DNA of 64,000 nucleotides from positions 1,296 through 65,295 of the forward strand of contig JAFGBK010000072.1 of assembly GCA_016933175.1 (NCBI GenBank), read 5' to 3'. Numbering within the stretch: the stretch's first letter is position 1; each line of letters begins with the position of its first letter. The notes below the pieces were generated by a model, which was not told the DNA's origin, did not search any database, and was given only the letters and a program-made list of their open reading frames with translations. A program made the position numbers and the translations under genes. Source of the stretch: Candidatus Krumholzibacteriota bacterium. GTDB taxonomy: Bacteria; Krumholzibacteriota; Krumholzibacteriia; JACNKJ01. This document shows positions 43,899 to 54,727 of the stretch, in pieces.

Positions 43899-45740
43899 AT
43901 GAAGTCCCGAATCTGGTGGATCGCCGCCGCCCTGGTTCTCTTCGCTGTCGCGCCGAGCCTGGCTGAACCGGGCGTGCCGGGGGTGCCGCCGGAGCTGGGG
44001 GGCCCGGGCTTCACCGGCGAGGGATGGGAGACCGGCACGGAGGTGCCGAGCGGCAGCCCGCAGGCGGTCAAGGGCGGGCACATCCGTTTCCACATGGCCG
44101 AGTTCCCCGCCACCCTGCGCCGCTACGGCAAGGACTCCAACAGCGTCTTCCTCTCCGCCGTCTCCTCGCTGCTCTACGAGGGCCTGCTCAACCTCGACGA
44201 CACGACCCTGGAGATCGTCCCCGAGCTGGCGACCCACTGGAAGATCTCCGAGGACAAGATGACCTTCAGCTTCCGGATCAATCCGGAGGCGCGCTGGGCC
44301 GACGGGGCGCCCGTGACGGCCGACGACGTCATCGCCACCTGGCGGCTGCTCACCGACGAGGGCATCCTGATGCCCTACACCAACGCGCTCTACGGCAAGT
44401 TCGAGGAGCCCGTCGCCGAGAGCCCCTACCTCCTGCACGTGACCACCACCGAGGAGAACTGGCGCCACTTCCTCTACTTCGCCATCTCCATTCGCGTCAT
44501 GCCCGCCCACCACATCGGCGGCATGACGGGCGCCGAGTACCTGGACACCTTCCAGTTCACGTCGGTGCCCGGCACGGGCCCCTACGAGCTGCTGCCCGAG
44601 AACATCGTCAACGGCGTCAGCCTGACCCTCACCCGCCGCGACGACTGGTGGGGCAAGGACGACCCCGCGAACGCCGGCATCTACAACTTCGACGAGATCG
44701 AGTGGGTGGTGGTCCTGGACGAGCGGCTGGCCCTGGAGAAGTTCAAGAAGGGCGAGCTGGACGTCTACTCGGTCAACCGCGCGAGCTGGTGGGTCAACGA
44801 GTTCAACTACGACGAGATCCAGCGGGGCGTCCAGCTCAAGCGCAAGATCTACAACGAGGAGGTCCAGGGCCTGTCCGGCCTGGCCATGAACACGCGCAAG
44901 CCGCCCTTCGACGACATCCGCGTGCGCAAGGCCATCGCCCACCTCTACGACCGGGACACGCTCATCGAGAAGCTCTTCTACGGCGAGTACCTCAAGCTCA
45001 AGAGCTACTTCCCCGGCGGCATGTACGAAAACCCCGACAACGAGTACTACGAGTACGACCCGGAGAAGGCCGTGGCCCTGCTCGCCGAGGCCGGCTGGAA
45101 GGAGCGCAACAGCGACGGCTGGCTGGTCAACGACAAGGGGGAGATCTTCGAGCTGACCCTGACCTTCGACCAGCCGAGCTGGGAGCGCATCCATACCGTG
45201 CTCCAGGAGGAGTTGGTCAAGGTCGGCATCAAGCTGAACCTGAAGCAGATGACGTCGGCCACGCAGTTCAGCAACACCATGGAGCACAACTTCACGATCA
45301 CCTTCCAGTCCTGGGGCGGCCTGTTCTGGCCCAATCCCAACAGCTCCCTGCACAGCGGCAACGCCGACCCGCAGAACACCACCAACATCACGGGCATGAA
45401 GAACGCCCGCATCGATTCGCTGGCCCTGCTCTACGACGAGGAGTACGACCAGCAGCGGCGCGTCGAGCTCATCCGCGAGATCGACGCCATCTGCATGGAG
45501 GAGTGCCACTACGCCCTGGCCTGGTACGCTCCCTTCTCCCGCATCGCCTTCTGGAACAAGTACGGCTATCCCGACGGCTACCTGGGCCGCGTGGGCGACT
45601 ACCTCGCCGTCATGCAGTACTGGTACGAGGACCCCGCGCGCAAGGCGGCCATGGAGCGGGCCATCGCCGATCCGAGCATCAAGCTCCCCACGGGCGAGGT
45701 GGTGGACAAGTACTGGCTGAAGAAGCTGGGCAAGATCTGA
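43899..45740 (+). CDS. ABC transporter substrate-binding protein, family 5 (peptide/oligosaccharide/nickel type)
   Basis: Signal peptide. SBP_bac_5-like length and motifs (WADGAPVTADDVIATWRL, LTRRDDWWG). Confidence 0.9.
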   Translation: MKSRIWWIAAALVLFAVAPSLAEPGVPGVPPELGGPGFTGEGWETGTEVPSGSPQAVKGGHIRFHMAEFPATLRRYGKDSNSVFLSAVSSLLYEGLLNLDDTTLEIVPELATHWKISEDKMTFSFRINPEARWADGAPVTADDVIATWRLLTDEGILMPYTNALYGKFEEPVAESPYLLHVTTTEENWRHFLYFAISIRVMPAHHIGGMTGAEYLDTFQFTSVPGTGPYELLPENIVNGVSLTLTRRDDWWGKDDPANAGIYNFDEIEWVVVLDERLALEKFKKGELDVYSVNRASWWVNEFNYDEIQRGVQLKRKIYNEEVQGLSGLAMNTRKPPFDDIRVRKAIAHLYDRDTLIEKLFYGEYLKLKSYFPGGMYENPDNEYYEYDPEKAVALLAEAGWKERNSDGWLVNDKGEIFELTLTFDQPSWERIHTVLQEELVKVGIKLNLKQMTSATQFSNTMEHNFTITFQSWGGLFWPNPNSSLHSGNADPQNTTNITGMKNARIDSLALLYDEEYDQQRRVELIREIDAICMEECHYALAWYAPFSRIAFWNKYGYPDGYLGRVGDYLAVMQYWYEDPARKAAMERAIADPSIKLPTGEVVDKYWLKKLGKI

Positions 45741-45771
45741 CGAGCGACGCGCACCGGGGGCGAGACCGAGC

Positions 45772-47265
45772 ATGACCAGCTACTTCATCCGGCGCTTCCT
45801 GCTGGTGGTTCCCACCTTCCTGGGGATCACCGTCCTCGTCTTCTTCGTCATGCAGATGGTGCCCGGCGGCCCGCTGGAGCAGGAGCTGCTGCGCCTGCAG
45901 ATGGGCCTCATGCAGTCCGGCGAGTCGGCGGGCTCGGCCGGCGACGCCATGGGCCAGGTGGAGATCCCCGCCGCGGCCATGGACGAGATGCGGCGCTTCT
46001 ACGGCTTCGACAAGCCGATCCCCGTCCGCTACCTGCGCTGGCTGGGCCTCTGGCCGCGCGAGATGAACGCCATCACCGTCGAGGCCGGCGAGTGGAAGGA
46101 GCTGCAGAAGGGCGTCAAGGTGCGGGCCGTGGGGCCCGCGGGCTCGACGCGCAGGGGCGACTACGCCCTCGAGTGGGACTTCACCGACCTGCACGAGAAG
46201 TGGGAGGTCGCCCAGGTCCTGGCGCCGCCGGCCGGCGAGGCCGACTCGACGGTGGTGGTCGCCTGGCTCAAGTTCGCCGGCACCTGGGTGCGGCGCATGG
46301 AGGACTCCACGGCGCTCCGGCCCGGCGTTTGGTCCGCCCTGCCGGGCAACGTGCGGGGCCGCGTGACGCGGGTGGACGGCGGCGACTGGGGGATCGAGCT
46401 GGACACGGGCTCCGTGGCCAATCGCTGGAAGATCACCGGCATCACGGAGCCGGATGCGGAGAGCCCCGCGCCGCGCATCACCATCGCCTGGACGCGCTTC
46501 AGCGGCCTGCTGACGGGCGACCTGGGCCGGAGCTACGTCTACGCCCAGCCCGTCGGCACGGTCATCAAGAAGCGTTTCCCCATCTCGATCTACTTCGGGT
46601 TGATCGGCTTCTTGCTCAGCTACACGGTCTGCATCCCGCTGGGCGTGTGGAAGGCCATCAAGCACGGCTCGCGCTTCGACTTCTTCTCGAGCGCCATCGT
46701 CTTCCTGGGCTACTCGATCCCGGGCTGGGCGCTGGGCGCCGTGCTGCTGGTGCTGCTGGGGGGCGGCTCCTTCTGGAACGTGGTGCCGCTGGGCGAATTC
46801 CGCAGCGTGGGGTGGGAGACCTTCCCCTGGTGGCACAAGGTCCTCGACCAGGCCCACCACACCATCCTGCCGGTGCTGTCCTACGCCGTGACCAGCTTCG
46901 CCACGCTGACCGTGGTCATGAAGAACTCGCTGATGGAGAACCTGGGCCAGGACTACGTGCGGACGGCCTTCGCCAAGGGCCTGCCGGAGAGGAAGGTCGT
47001 CTTCGTCCACGCCTTCCGCAACAGCCTGATCCCCATCGCCACGGGCCTGGGGCACCTGCTCAGCATCATCCTGGCCGGCAGCTATCTCATCGAGAAGGTC
47101 TTCAACATCCAGGGCTTCGGCCTGCTGGGCTTCACGAGCATCGTCAAGCGCGACTACCCGGTGGTGCTGGGCATCCTGGTGATCGGCGCCCTGCTGCGCC
47201 TGTTCGGCAACATCTTCAGCGACATCCTCTACGCGGTCATCGATCCGCGCATTCGCTTCAAGTAG
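45772..47265 (+). CDS. ABC transporter permease (OppB/DppB/YejB-like) with large periplasmic insertion
   Basis: N-terminal TM + C-terminal BPD_transp_1 motifs (ENLGQDYVRTAFAKGLPERKVVFVHAFRNSLIP). ~190 extra residues between TM1 and TM2. Confidence 0.9.
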   Translation: MTSYFIRRFLLVVPTFLGITVLVFFVMQMVPGGPLEQELLRLQMGLMQSGESAGSAGDAMGQVEIPAAAMDEMRRFYGFDKPIPVRYLRWLGLWPREMNAITVEAGEWKELQKGVKVRAVGPAGSTRRGDYALEWDFTDLHEKWEVAQVLAPPAGEADSTVVVAWLKFAGTWVRRMEDSTALRPGVWSALPGNVRGRVTRVDGGDWGIELDTGSVANRWKITGITEPDAESPAPRITIAWTRFSGLLTGDLGRSYVYAQPVGTVIKKRFPISIYFGLIGFLLSYTVCIPLGVWKAIKHGSRFDFFSSAIVFLGYSIPGWALGAVLLVLLGGGSFWNVVPLGEFRSVGWETFPWWHKVLDQAHHTILPVLSYAVTSFATLTVVMKNSLMENLGQDYVRTAFAKGLPERKVVFVHAFRNSLIPIATGLGHLLSIILAGSYLIEKVFNIQGFGLLGFTSIVKRDYPVVLGILVIGALLRLFGNIFSDILYAVIDPRIRFK

Positions 47266-47272
47266 GTAGGCG

Positions 47273-48337
47273 ATGGCCAAGGCGAAGAAGAACGACGCGA
47301 ACCAGATCTCGACCACCATCTTCCGCAAGCGCCTGCGGAAGTTCCGCACCCTGAAGCGCGGCTGGTACAGCTTCATCGTCCTGCTCACGCTCTACGTGCT
47401 GTCCTTCTTCCTGCCCCTGGCGGTCAACAACAAGCCGCTCTACGTGAGGCACCAGGGCAAGAGCTACTTTCCGCTGGTGGCGTTCCACGACGCGTCGGAG
47501 TTCGGCGTGGAGGGCTACGGCGCGCCCGACTACCGCAAGCTCAAGCAGAAGCTCGCGGCGGACGGCACGGGCTACGTAGTGATGCCGCTGTACCCCTACC
47601 ATCCCAACGAGTCCCTGCTGGAGCTGCCCGGCGAGCCGCCGCACGCGCCGAGCCGGGAGCACTGGTGCGGCACCGACAACCGCGGGCGCGACGTCTTCGC
47701 GCGCCTGGTCTACGGCTTCCGCACCTCGATCAGCTTCGCGCTGATCGTCACGGCGATGACCTACACCATCGGCATCAGCATCGGGGCCATGCTCGGCTAC
47801 TTCGGCGGGCGCTTCGACATCTTCATGCAGCGTCTGATCGAGATCTGGAGCAGCATGCCCTACCTGTACACGATCATCATCGTGACCTCGATCCTGCAGC
47901 CGGAGTTCTTCCTGCTGGCCTTCGTGCTGACGCTCTTCGGCTGGATGGGCATGACCTACTACGTCCGCGGCGAGTTCTACCGCGAGAAGGCGAAGGACTA
48001 CGTGGCCGCGGCCATCGCCATCGGCGCCAACAACCGGCAGATCATCTTCCGGCACATCCTGCCCAACGCGCTGACGCCCGTGGTTTCCTTCGCGCCCTTC
48101 GCGGTGGTGGCCTACATCGGCGCCCTGGTGAGCCTGGACTTCCTCGGCTTCGGCATGGCTCCGCCCACGCCGAGCTGGGGCCAGCTCGTGTCGCAGGGCA
48201 TGGACGACATCACCTCCGCGCCCTGGCTGGTGCTCACGCCCCTGCTGGCGTTGTTCTTCACGCTGCTCATGGTGGTCTTCATCGGCGAGGCCGTGCGCGA
48301 GGCCTTCGACCCCAAGGTCTACTCGAGGTTGAGATAG
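47273..48337 (+). CDS. ABC transporter permease (OppC/DppC/YejE-like)
   Basis: CGTDNRGRDVFARLVYGFRTS and the EAA-loop region (EFYREKAKDYVAAAIAIGANNRQIIFRHILPNAL). Confidence 0.9.
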   Translation: MAKAKKNDANQISTTIFRKRLRKFRTLKRGWYSFIVLLTLYVLSFFLPLAVNNKPLYVRHQGKSYFPLVAFHDASEFGVEGYGAPDYRKLKQKLAADGTGYVVMPLYPYHPNESLLELPGEPPHAPSREHWCGTDNRGRDVFARLVYGFRTSISFALIVTAMTYTIGISIGAMLGYFGGRFDIFMQRLIEIWSSMPYLYTIIIVTSILQPEFFLLAFVLTLFGWMGMTYYVRGEFYREKAKDYVAAAIAIGANNRQIIFRHILPNALTPVVSFAPFAVVAYIGALVSLDFLGFGMAPPTPSWGQLVSQGMDDITSAPWLVLTPLLALFFTLLMVVFIGEAVREAFDPKVYSRLR

Positions 48338-48338
48338 C

Positions 48339-49327
48339 ATGGATTCGCAGAACACGCTCTTCGAGGTCCGGGGGTTGACGACCCAGTTCCGTACCGAGGC
48401 CGGCACGGCCACGGCCGTCGACGGCGTGGACTTCGACATCATCAAGGGCGAGGTGCTTGGCATCGTCGGCGAGTCGGGTTGCGGCAAGAGCGTCACGGCC
48501 ATGAGCATGGTCCGGCTGATCCCCGATCCGCCCGGCAAGATCACGGCCGGCTCGGTGATGTACCGCGGCCGCGACCTGCTCAAGCTGAGCTACGAGGAGC
48601 TCCACGAGATCCGCGGCAAGGAGGTCGCGATGATCTTCCAGGAGCCGATGACCAGCCTCAATCCGGTCTTCACCGTGGGCTACCAGATCCGGGAGATCAT
48701 CGCGCTGCACGAGGACCTGAGCAAGCAGGCCGTGCGCGACCGCGCCGTGGCGATGCTGCGGCTGGTGGGCATCCCCGACGCCGACAAGCGCATGAAGGAC
48801 TACCCGCACCAGTTCTCGGGCGGCATGCGCCAGCGGGCCATGATCGCCATGGCCCTGGCCTGCAACCCGGCCCTGCTGGTGGCCGACGAGCCGACCACGG
48901 CCCTGGACGTCACCATCCAGGCGCAGATCCTTGAGCTGATGCTGGAGATGAAGCGCCGCCGCGAGGAGGGCGCGGTGATGCTGATCACGCACGACCTGGC
49001 GGTGGTGGCCGAGACCTGCGAGCGCGTGATCGTCATGTACGGCGGGGCGATCCAGGAGGTGGCCGCGGTGGGGCCGCTGTTCGAGCAGCCGCTGCACCCC
49101 TACACCCAGGGCCTGTTGGCCAGCCTGCCCCGGCCCGACCGCCAGCGGCAGAAGCGCCTGAGCACCATCCGCGGCATGGTGCCGAGCATCCTGGAGATGC
49201 CCACCGGCTGCAAGTACTGCACGCGCTGCGACAAGGTCTTCGACCGGTGCTACGCCGAGGAGCCGGCGCTGCGGGACATGGGCGGCGGTCACCGGGTCCG
49301 CTGCCACCTGATGGAGGAGGGGCGCTG

Positions 49328-49328
<1 letters not shown>
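48339..49328 (+). CDS. ABC transporter ATP-binding protein (OppD/DppD-like)
   Basis: Walker [11 protein letters not shown], signature FSGGMRQR, Walker [13 protein letters not shown]. Confidence 0.9.
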
Positions 49329-50353
<1,025 letters not shown>

Positions 50354-50412
50354 GCTGCAGACTGTCGCGCACTGGCCCCGGGATCATCGAAGCGCTGGAT
50401 CGCGACCGGGGG

Positions 50413-50676
50413 CTACCTCCCGGCGACGTACTCCTGGACGTGGCCCCGGATCTCCCGGCCGTCCCCCACGCGGTAGAAGATATCCGTGAGCGTGCCCTTA
50501 CCGTCGAGGGACAGGACGGTCCGGTACGTCACGGTGCCGTCCGGCCGGTGGCTCGTCCCGTGCAGGACGATGCCGCGCTCCTCGGCCGCCACGACGCCCT
50601 CCTCGACGATGTCCTTGTTGATCAGCGTCAGGAAGCAGAGCGTGTCGCGCCCCGTGTGCCAGTAGAAGTGCGTCAC
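50413..50676 (-). CDS. small hypothetical protein downstream of the CPBP protease gene
   Basis: Only the C-terminal ~87 codons of the long frame ORF have non-biased composition (VTHFYWHTGRDTLCFLTLINKDIVEEG...). GTG at 50676 with GGAG 9 nt upstream. No family recognised. Confidence 0.3.
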   Translation of the reverse strand: MTHFYWHTGRDTLCFLTLINKDIVEEGVVAAEERGIVLHGTSHRPDGTVTYRTVLSLDGKGTLTDIFYRVGDGREIRGHVQEYVAGR

Positions 50677-50741
50677 GGCGGCGAACTCCGCCGCCGAGCG
50701 GGCGGGAGGCGCGGCCGCGACGGACCGGACCGCCGCGCGGC

Positions 50742-51737
50742 CTAGCCGGCGACGGCACCGTGCGTCTCGGGCAGGCGGCGCCACATCCGGTCGCTCACGA
50801 TCGCGGCCAGCACCAGGACGACGAAGAGCGCCGTCGCGACGTCGGTCCGCGGCAGCAATTCCCCGGACGCGTTCATGGCCGGGTGAAACAGGGCGGGGGC
50901 CAGCAGGCTCCCGCCGGTCCGGTTGTACACCCACATGAAGAGGACGGACCACATGGCGTTGAGAAAGACCCGGTTGACGAGGATGGCCGAGGCCGGATCG
51001 CCGGAGGCCAGGTCGGCGGGCAGGTGCCACAGCGCCCAGAAGACCCAGACGACGAGGCCGGCCACCAGCGGGCACAGGCGCCGCTGCAGGCGGGGCAGGG
51101 CGAAGCCGCGCCAGCCACTCTCCTCGTTGATCCCGCCGGCGAAGAAGAAGCCGTTGAGCAAGATCAGCGCCGCCACGGCGGGATCGACGGCGATGCCGGG
51201 CCCGGCCGCCGCCCCGCCCTCGCCGCCGAGCAGGCGGGTGAGCCCGGCGCCGGCGAGCTGTACGGCCGGGAAGGCGAGGAGCGCCACGAGGTACCAGACG
51301 GCGTTCCCCCGCGGCGCCGCGAGGGTGCGGAAGTGCCGCCGCACGCCCGCCACGCGCGAGAAGGCCCGCGAGGCCGTGAAGGCCGGCAGCAGCGCCAGGA
51401 TGGCGCCGAAGACCACCAGGGGCGGTCCCACGGGTGCGCCGCGGACCCGCGCGGCGAACAGGACGAGGGTCGCCCAGGCCAGCAGCCAGGCGACGGCGAA
51501 GGTCGCCCAGTGGGCGGCCCGCTGCCGGGGCAGGCGCGCCGGCTCGGCGACGGCGGCGACGATCATCGCGGCGACGGCCGGCGCGAAGACCGCCAGCGAG
51601 CCCAGCGTGCCCTGGGCCGCCATGCTCTGCGGCAGGACCCGGAACACGACGAAGAACAGGGGCCACGACAGCAGGTAGGTGATCGCGAAGAACGCAATCA
51701 CCGGGCGGGAGGCGATCCAATGCGAGAGGCGACTCAT
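50742..51737 (-). CDS. CPBP family (CAAX/Abi) intramembrane metalloprotease
   Basis: Multi-TM. EESGWRGFALPRL (EExxxR motif 1), FWALWHLP (motif 2 His) and PAMNASGE. ATG at 51737 by frame arithmetic. Confidence 0.8.
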   Translation of the reverse strand: MSRLSHWIASRPVIAFFAITYLLSWPLFFVVFRVLPQSMAAQGTLGSLAVFAPAVAAMIVAAVAEPARLPRQRAAHWATFAVAWLLAWATLVLFAARVRGAPVGPPLVVFGAILALLPAFTASRAFSRVAGVRRHFRTLAAPRGNAVWYLVALLAFPAVQLAGAGLTRLLGGEGGAAAGPGIAVDPAVAALILLNGFFFAGGINEESGWRGFALPRLQRRLCPLVAGLVVWVFWALWHLPADLASGDPASAILVNRVFLNAMWSVLFMWVYNRTGGSLLAPALFHPAMNASGELLPRTDVATALFVVLVLAAIVSDRMWRRLPETHGAVAG

Positions 51738-51820
51738 GGCTCGCGACGTCCTCCCCGGTCTGGCGGCCGGCTGCTCCGGGCCGCTCGCTCGGTATCCGGC
51801 GGCCGGCGGCGCCGGCTTCT

Positions 51821-54052
51821 TCACTTCAACAGCGTCAGCTTGCGCGTCTCCACGCGCCCGGCGGACTCCAGGCGCGCCAGGTAGACGCCCGTGGCCAGCG
51901 GCCGGCCCGCGTCGTCGCGGCCGTCCCAGACGACCGTGTGGCCGCCGGCGCCGAGGGGTCCGTCGATGAGCGTTCGCACGAGGCGGCCGGAGACGTCATA
52001 GACGCGCAGCGCGGCGCGCCCCAGCGCCGGCTGCTCGAAACGCAGTGTCGTCGCCGGGTTGAAGGGGTTGGGATAGCCGCCCAGCCGCAGCACGGGGACG
52101 GGCGTCTCGGGGGCGGCGGTCGGCATGCACTGCGCCGGTGCGCGTTGCAGCAGGCCGCCGGCGCCATCGTTGTAGGAGGCGACCATGTACACGCTCTCGC
52201 CGTAGAGGGCGATGGCCTTGACCGTGTCCCAGGCGTCGGCCGAGCCGTAGGGCAGGGGATCCCACTGGCCCTCGCTCGCGTTCATGACGATCAGGTCGCC
52301 GTAGCCGTCCCACTCGTAGGCCAGGTAGGCGAAGCGCGTGGTGCCGCTCGCCTGCGCGGCCACGTCCGCCGCCGACGCGCCCACCTCTTCGCCCGGCATC
52401 CCGTGGCTCCACATGTGCTCGGGCAGCACCGGGTTCGACACGTCCACCAGTTCCAGCCCTTCTTCTGTCCCGGCCAGGTAGAGGATGTCGTCCACCTTCG
52501 CCAGCGCCACGGCGCCGGCGGTATCCCAGTGCAGGCCGACCTCGTTCAGTGTCGATGCGCTCAGGATCATCAACGGTCCGGCGTCCTGTGCCAGGTAGAT
52601 GAAGCCGCCGTCCACCACCACGTCCTTCGCGTTGCTCCAGAAATGATTCGGCCAGACGGAGTCGTCGAGGAAGATGTTCTCCGGGTCGGAGATATCCACC
52701 ACCATGAGCCCGGCGTAGTCGCAGGCCAGGTAGGCGAAGCCGCCGTCGACGGCCATGCCGTCCGGGCGGCAGCTCAGCGCGAGGGAGTCCAGGGGCTGGG
52801 GCGCCGTGGGATTCGCGACGTCGAAGAGGCGCAGCATGAGGTCGCCGCCCACCAGCGCCAGGTCGCCTGCCACGAGGACGCTGCCCGATTCCTCGGGGAT
52901 CGGGGCAGACGCCACGGGCGACAGGTCGTCGGCGTCGAAGATGCGCAGGCCGTTGAAGCCGCCAACGACGTAGACGTAGCCGTCCGCGGCCGCCACGTCG
53001 ACGCCCGGATCCGGCAGGACCACGTTGCCCGTCACGGGCACGGAGGCCGTGTTCAGGACGTCGGCGACGAAGATACCGCGGCTCCCGTCGGCGACGAGGA
53101 CATAGCTGTGCCAGGGAGCGACGCCCTGGGCGATGCCGGGCGTGTCGATCCAGCCGCTGATGGCCTCGCCACCGGGAGTCGCGATGTCGACGACCACCAG
53201 GCCCGCCTCCTCGCAGGCCAGGTAGGCGCGGTCGTCCCTCACATTGAGCCCCAGGACGGGGATGTCGCTCGCATCGTCGCTTACCAGCGTGATGGCGTTG
53301 GCGAGGGAGAGGCTCGTCAGGTCCACGATCTGCATGCCGTTGGCGCCGTCGGCCACGAAGGCGCGACTCCCCTGGGCGTGGACCTCGCGGGCGTAGCCGG
53401 GCGTGTCGATTACCATCACGTCGTCGGGATCCGCCGGCGCGAACAGCGCCAGGCCGTCCATGCCGATGGCCGCGCATACCAGGCCGTCGTGGAAGCAGAC
53501 CTCCTCGGCGTAGCCGTACACGTTGACCTGGTCCAGGAGGACCGGGTGGGCGATGTCGTCCACGTCCACCACGCAGACGCCGCCGAAGCCGCAGGCCACG
53601 TAGGCGACGCCATCGTCCACCCAGACGCCGAGGGCGACGCCCGGCAGCGAGAGGCCGTGGACCGCGATGCTCGGGTTCCCCTGGTAGGGATTGATCACCT
53701 TCACGATCCGCAGGCCGCCACTCCCGCAGGCGACGAACAGGGCCCGCTCGTGGAAGAAGAGGTCCATCGCCTCGCCCGGCAGTTCCACGAACCAGTCATC
53801 GCCGAAGTCGACGGAGTCGGACAGGCCCAGGAAGTCGAGCCAGGCTTCGCCGGAGGCCAGGGCGCCCCAGTTGCCGCCGTCGTACTCGGCGACGGCAACG
53901 TCCATCGCAACGGCGCCCTCCATGTCGCCCCAGCCCAGGTAGTGGATGTAGTTCTCGTAGTCCACGCAGCCCTGGGCCAGGCCCGGCGCGGGCGCGAGGG
54001 CGAGGACGGCGAGGGCGCTGAGGGCGAGGATGGTGCGAGCGAGCGAGCGCAT
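51821..54052 (-). CDS. secreted LVIVD-repeat beta-propeller protein with T9SS-type C-terminal sorting domain
   Basis: Signal peptide. Repeated G(L/F)xxVDxS...AxxVxxxGxxAYVA units. C-terminal GYPNPFNPATTLRFE...GVYLARLESAGR...RKLTLLK. Confidence 0.8.
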   Translation of the reverse strand: MRSLARTILALSALAVLALAPAPGLAQGCVDYENYIHYLGWGDMEGAVAMDVAVAEYDGGNWGALASGEAWLDFLGLSDSVDFGDDWFVELPGEAMDLFFHERALFVACGSGGLRIVKVINPYQGNPSIAVHGLSLPGVALGVWVDDGVAYVACGFGGVCVVDVDDIAHPVLLDQVNVYGYAEEVCFHDGLVCAAIGMDGLALFAPADPDDVMVIDTPGYAREVHAQGSRAFVADGANGMQIVDLTSLSLANAITLVSDDASDIPVLGLNVRDDRAYLACEEAGLVVVDIATPGGEAISGWIDTPGIAQGVAPWHSYVLVADGSRGIFVADVLNTASVPVTGNVVLPDPGVDVAAADGYVYVVGGFNGLRIFDADDLSPVASAPIPEESGSVLVAGDLALVGGDLMLRLFDVANPTAPQPLDSLALSCRPDGMAVDGGFAYLACDYAGLMVVDISDPENIFLDDSVWPNHFWSNAKDVVVDGGFIYLAQDAGPLMILSASTLNEVGLHWDTAGAVALAKVDDILYLAGTEEGLELVDVSNPVLPEHMWSHGMPGEEVGASAADVAAQASGTTRFAYLAYEWDGYGDLIVMNASEGQWDPLPYGSADAWDTVKAIALYGESVYMVASYNDGAGGLLQRAPAQCMPTAAPETPVPVLRLGGYPNPFNPATTLRFEQPALGRAALRVYDVSGRLVRTLIDGPLGAGGHTVVWDGRDDAGRPLATGVYLARLESAGRVETRKLTLLK

Positions 54053-54150
54053 GGTTGCCTCCCGTTTGCATGTCCGATCGGTGAGCGGGAGGCATTTTAC
54101 CAGACTTCGGGCCCTGCTGCAGCGTCGAAACGACAGGGAGTCAACGCAAA

Positions 54151-54178
54151 GCGCCCCGCCTCGGGCGAGGCGGGGCGC
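54151..54178 (-). terminator. GC hairpin terminator downstream of rubrerythrin-like gene
   Basis: GCGCCCCGCCTC-gggc-GAGGCGGGGCGC perfect 12-bp stem. The minus strand follows with TTTGCGTTG. Confidence 0.4.
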
Positions 54179-54218
54179 CGCGTGAGCCGGGGGCCGCCGG
54201 CCTGGTGCTCGGTCCGGC

Positions 54219-54674
54219 CTAGTTCTCGGTCAGGAAGTGCTCGTCGTACTCCGTCTCGAAGCGGAGCTTGTGCCTGGCCTCCTCGTTGGCCAGCTCGACG
54301 AGGACCTTGTTGACCTCGCCCTCGGGGACGCGCGCGGCGAGATCCATGTAGAGCCGGTAGCTGGCCTTCTCGCGCTTCATGGCGATGATGAGGGCCTTCT
54401 GGTAGTCCATGTCGGGCGTGGGCGCGACGTCCACCAGGTAGTCGCCGATCTTCAGGTCCTGGACGGCCTTCGCGGCGCCGGCCAGCTTCTTGCCCGCCTT
54501 GACGCCCTGGAGCTTGGCCTTGTGGCCCATCTCCTCCTTGGCGAACTGGCGGAAGGCGCCCTGCATGGCGGGCGTCGCCATGGTGCCGGCCAGCTCGTTG
54601 TAGAAGTCGGCGGCCTCCTGCTCGCGCTCGATGGCGAAGTCGAGGATTTCGTCGATGGTCGTCGGCTCGGGCAT
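54219..54674 (-). CDS. rubrerythrin/ferritin-like domain protein
   Basis: 151 aa with AGGAGAGGAC RBS. EREQEAADFYNELA...EEMGHKAKL...ELANEEARHKLRFE are paired ExxH ferritin-like diiron motifs. Confidence 0.8.
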   Translation of the reverse strand: MPEPTTIDEILDFAIEREQEAADFYNELAGTMATPAMQGAFRQFAKEEMGHKAKLQGVKAGKKLAGAAKAVQDLKIGDYLVDVAPTPDMDYQKALIIAMKREKASYRLYMDLAARVPEGEVNKVLVELANEEARHKLRFETEYDEHFLTEN

Positions 54675-54727
54675 GGTCCTCTCCTGATCGGGTCGGTGGT
54701 GGGTCGGTTCCGGGTGCGCACAGGGTA

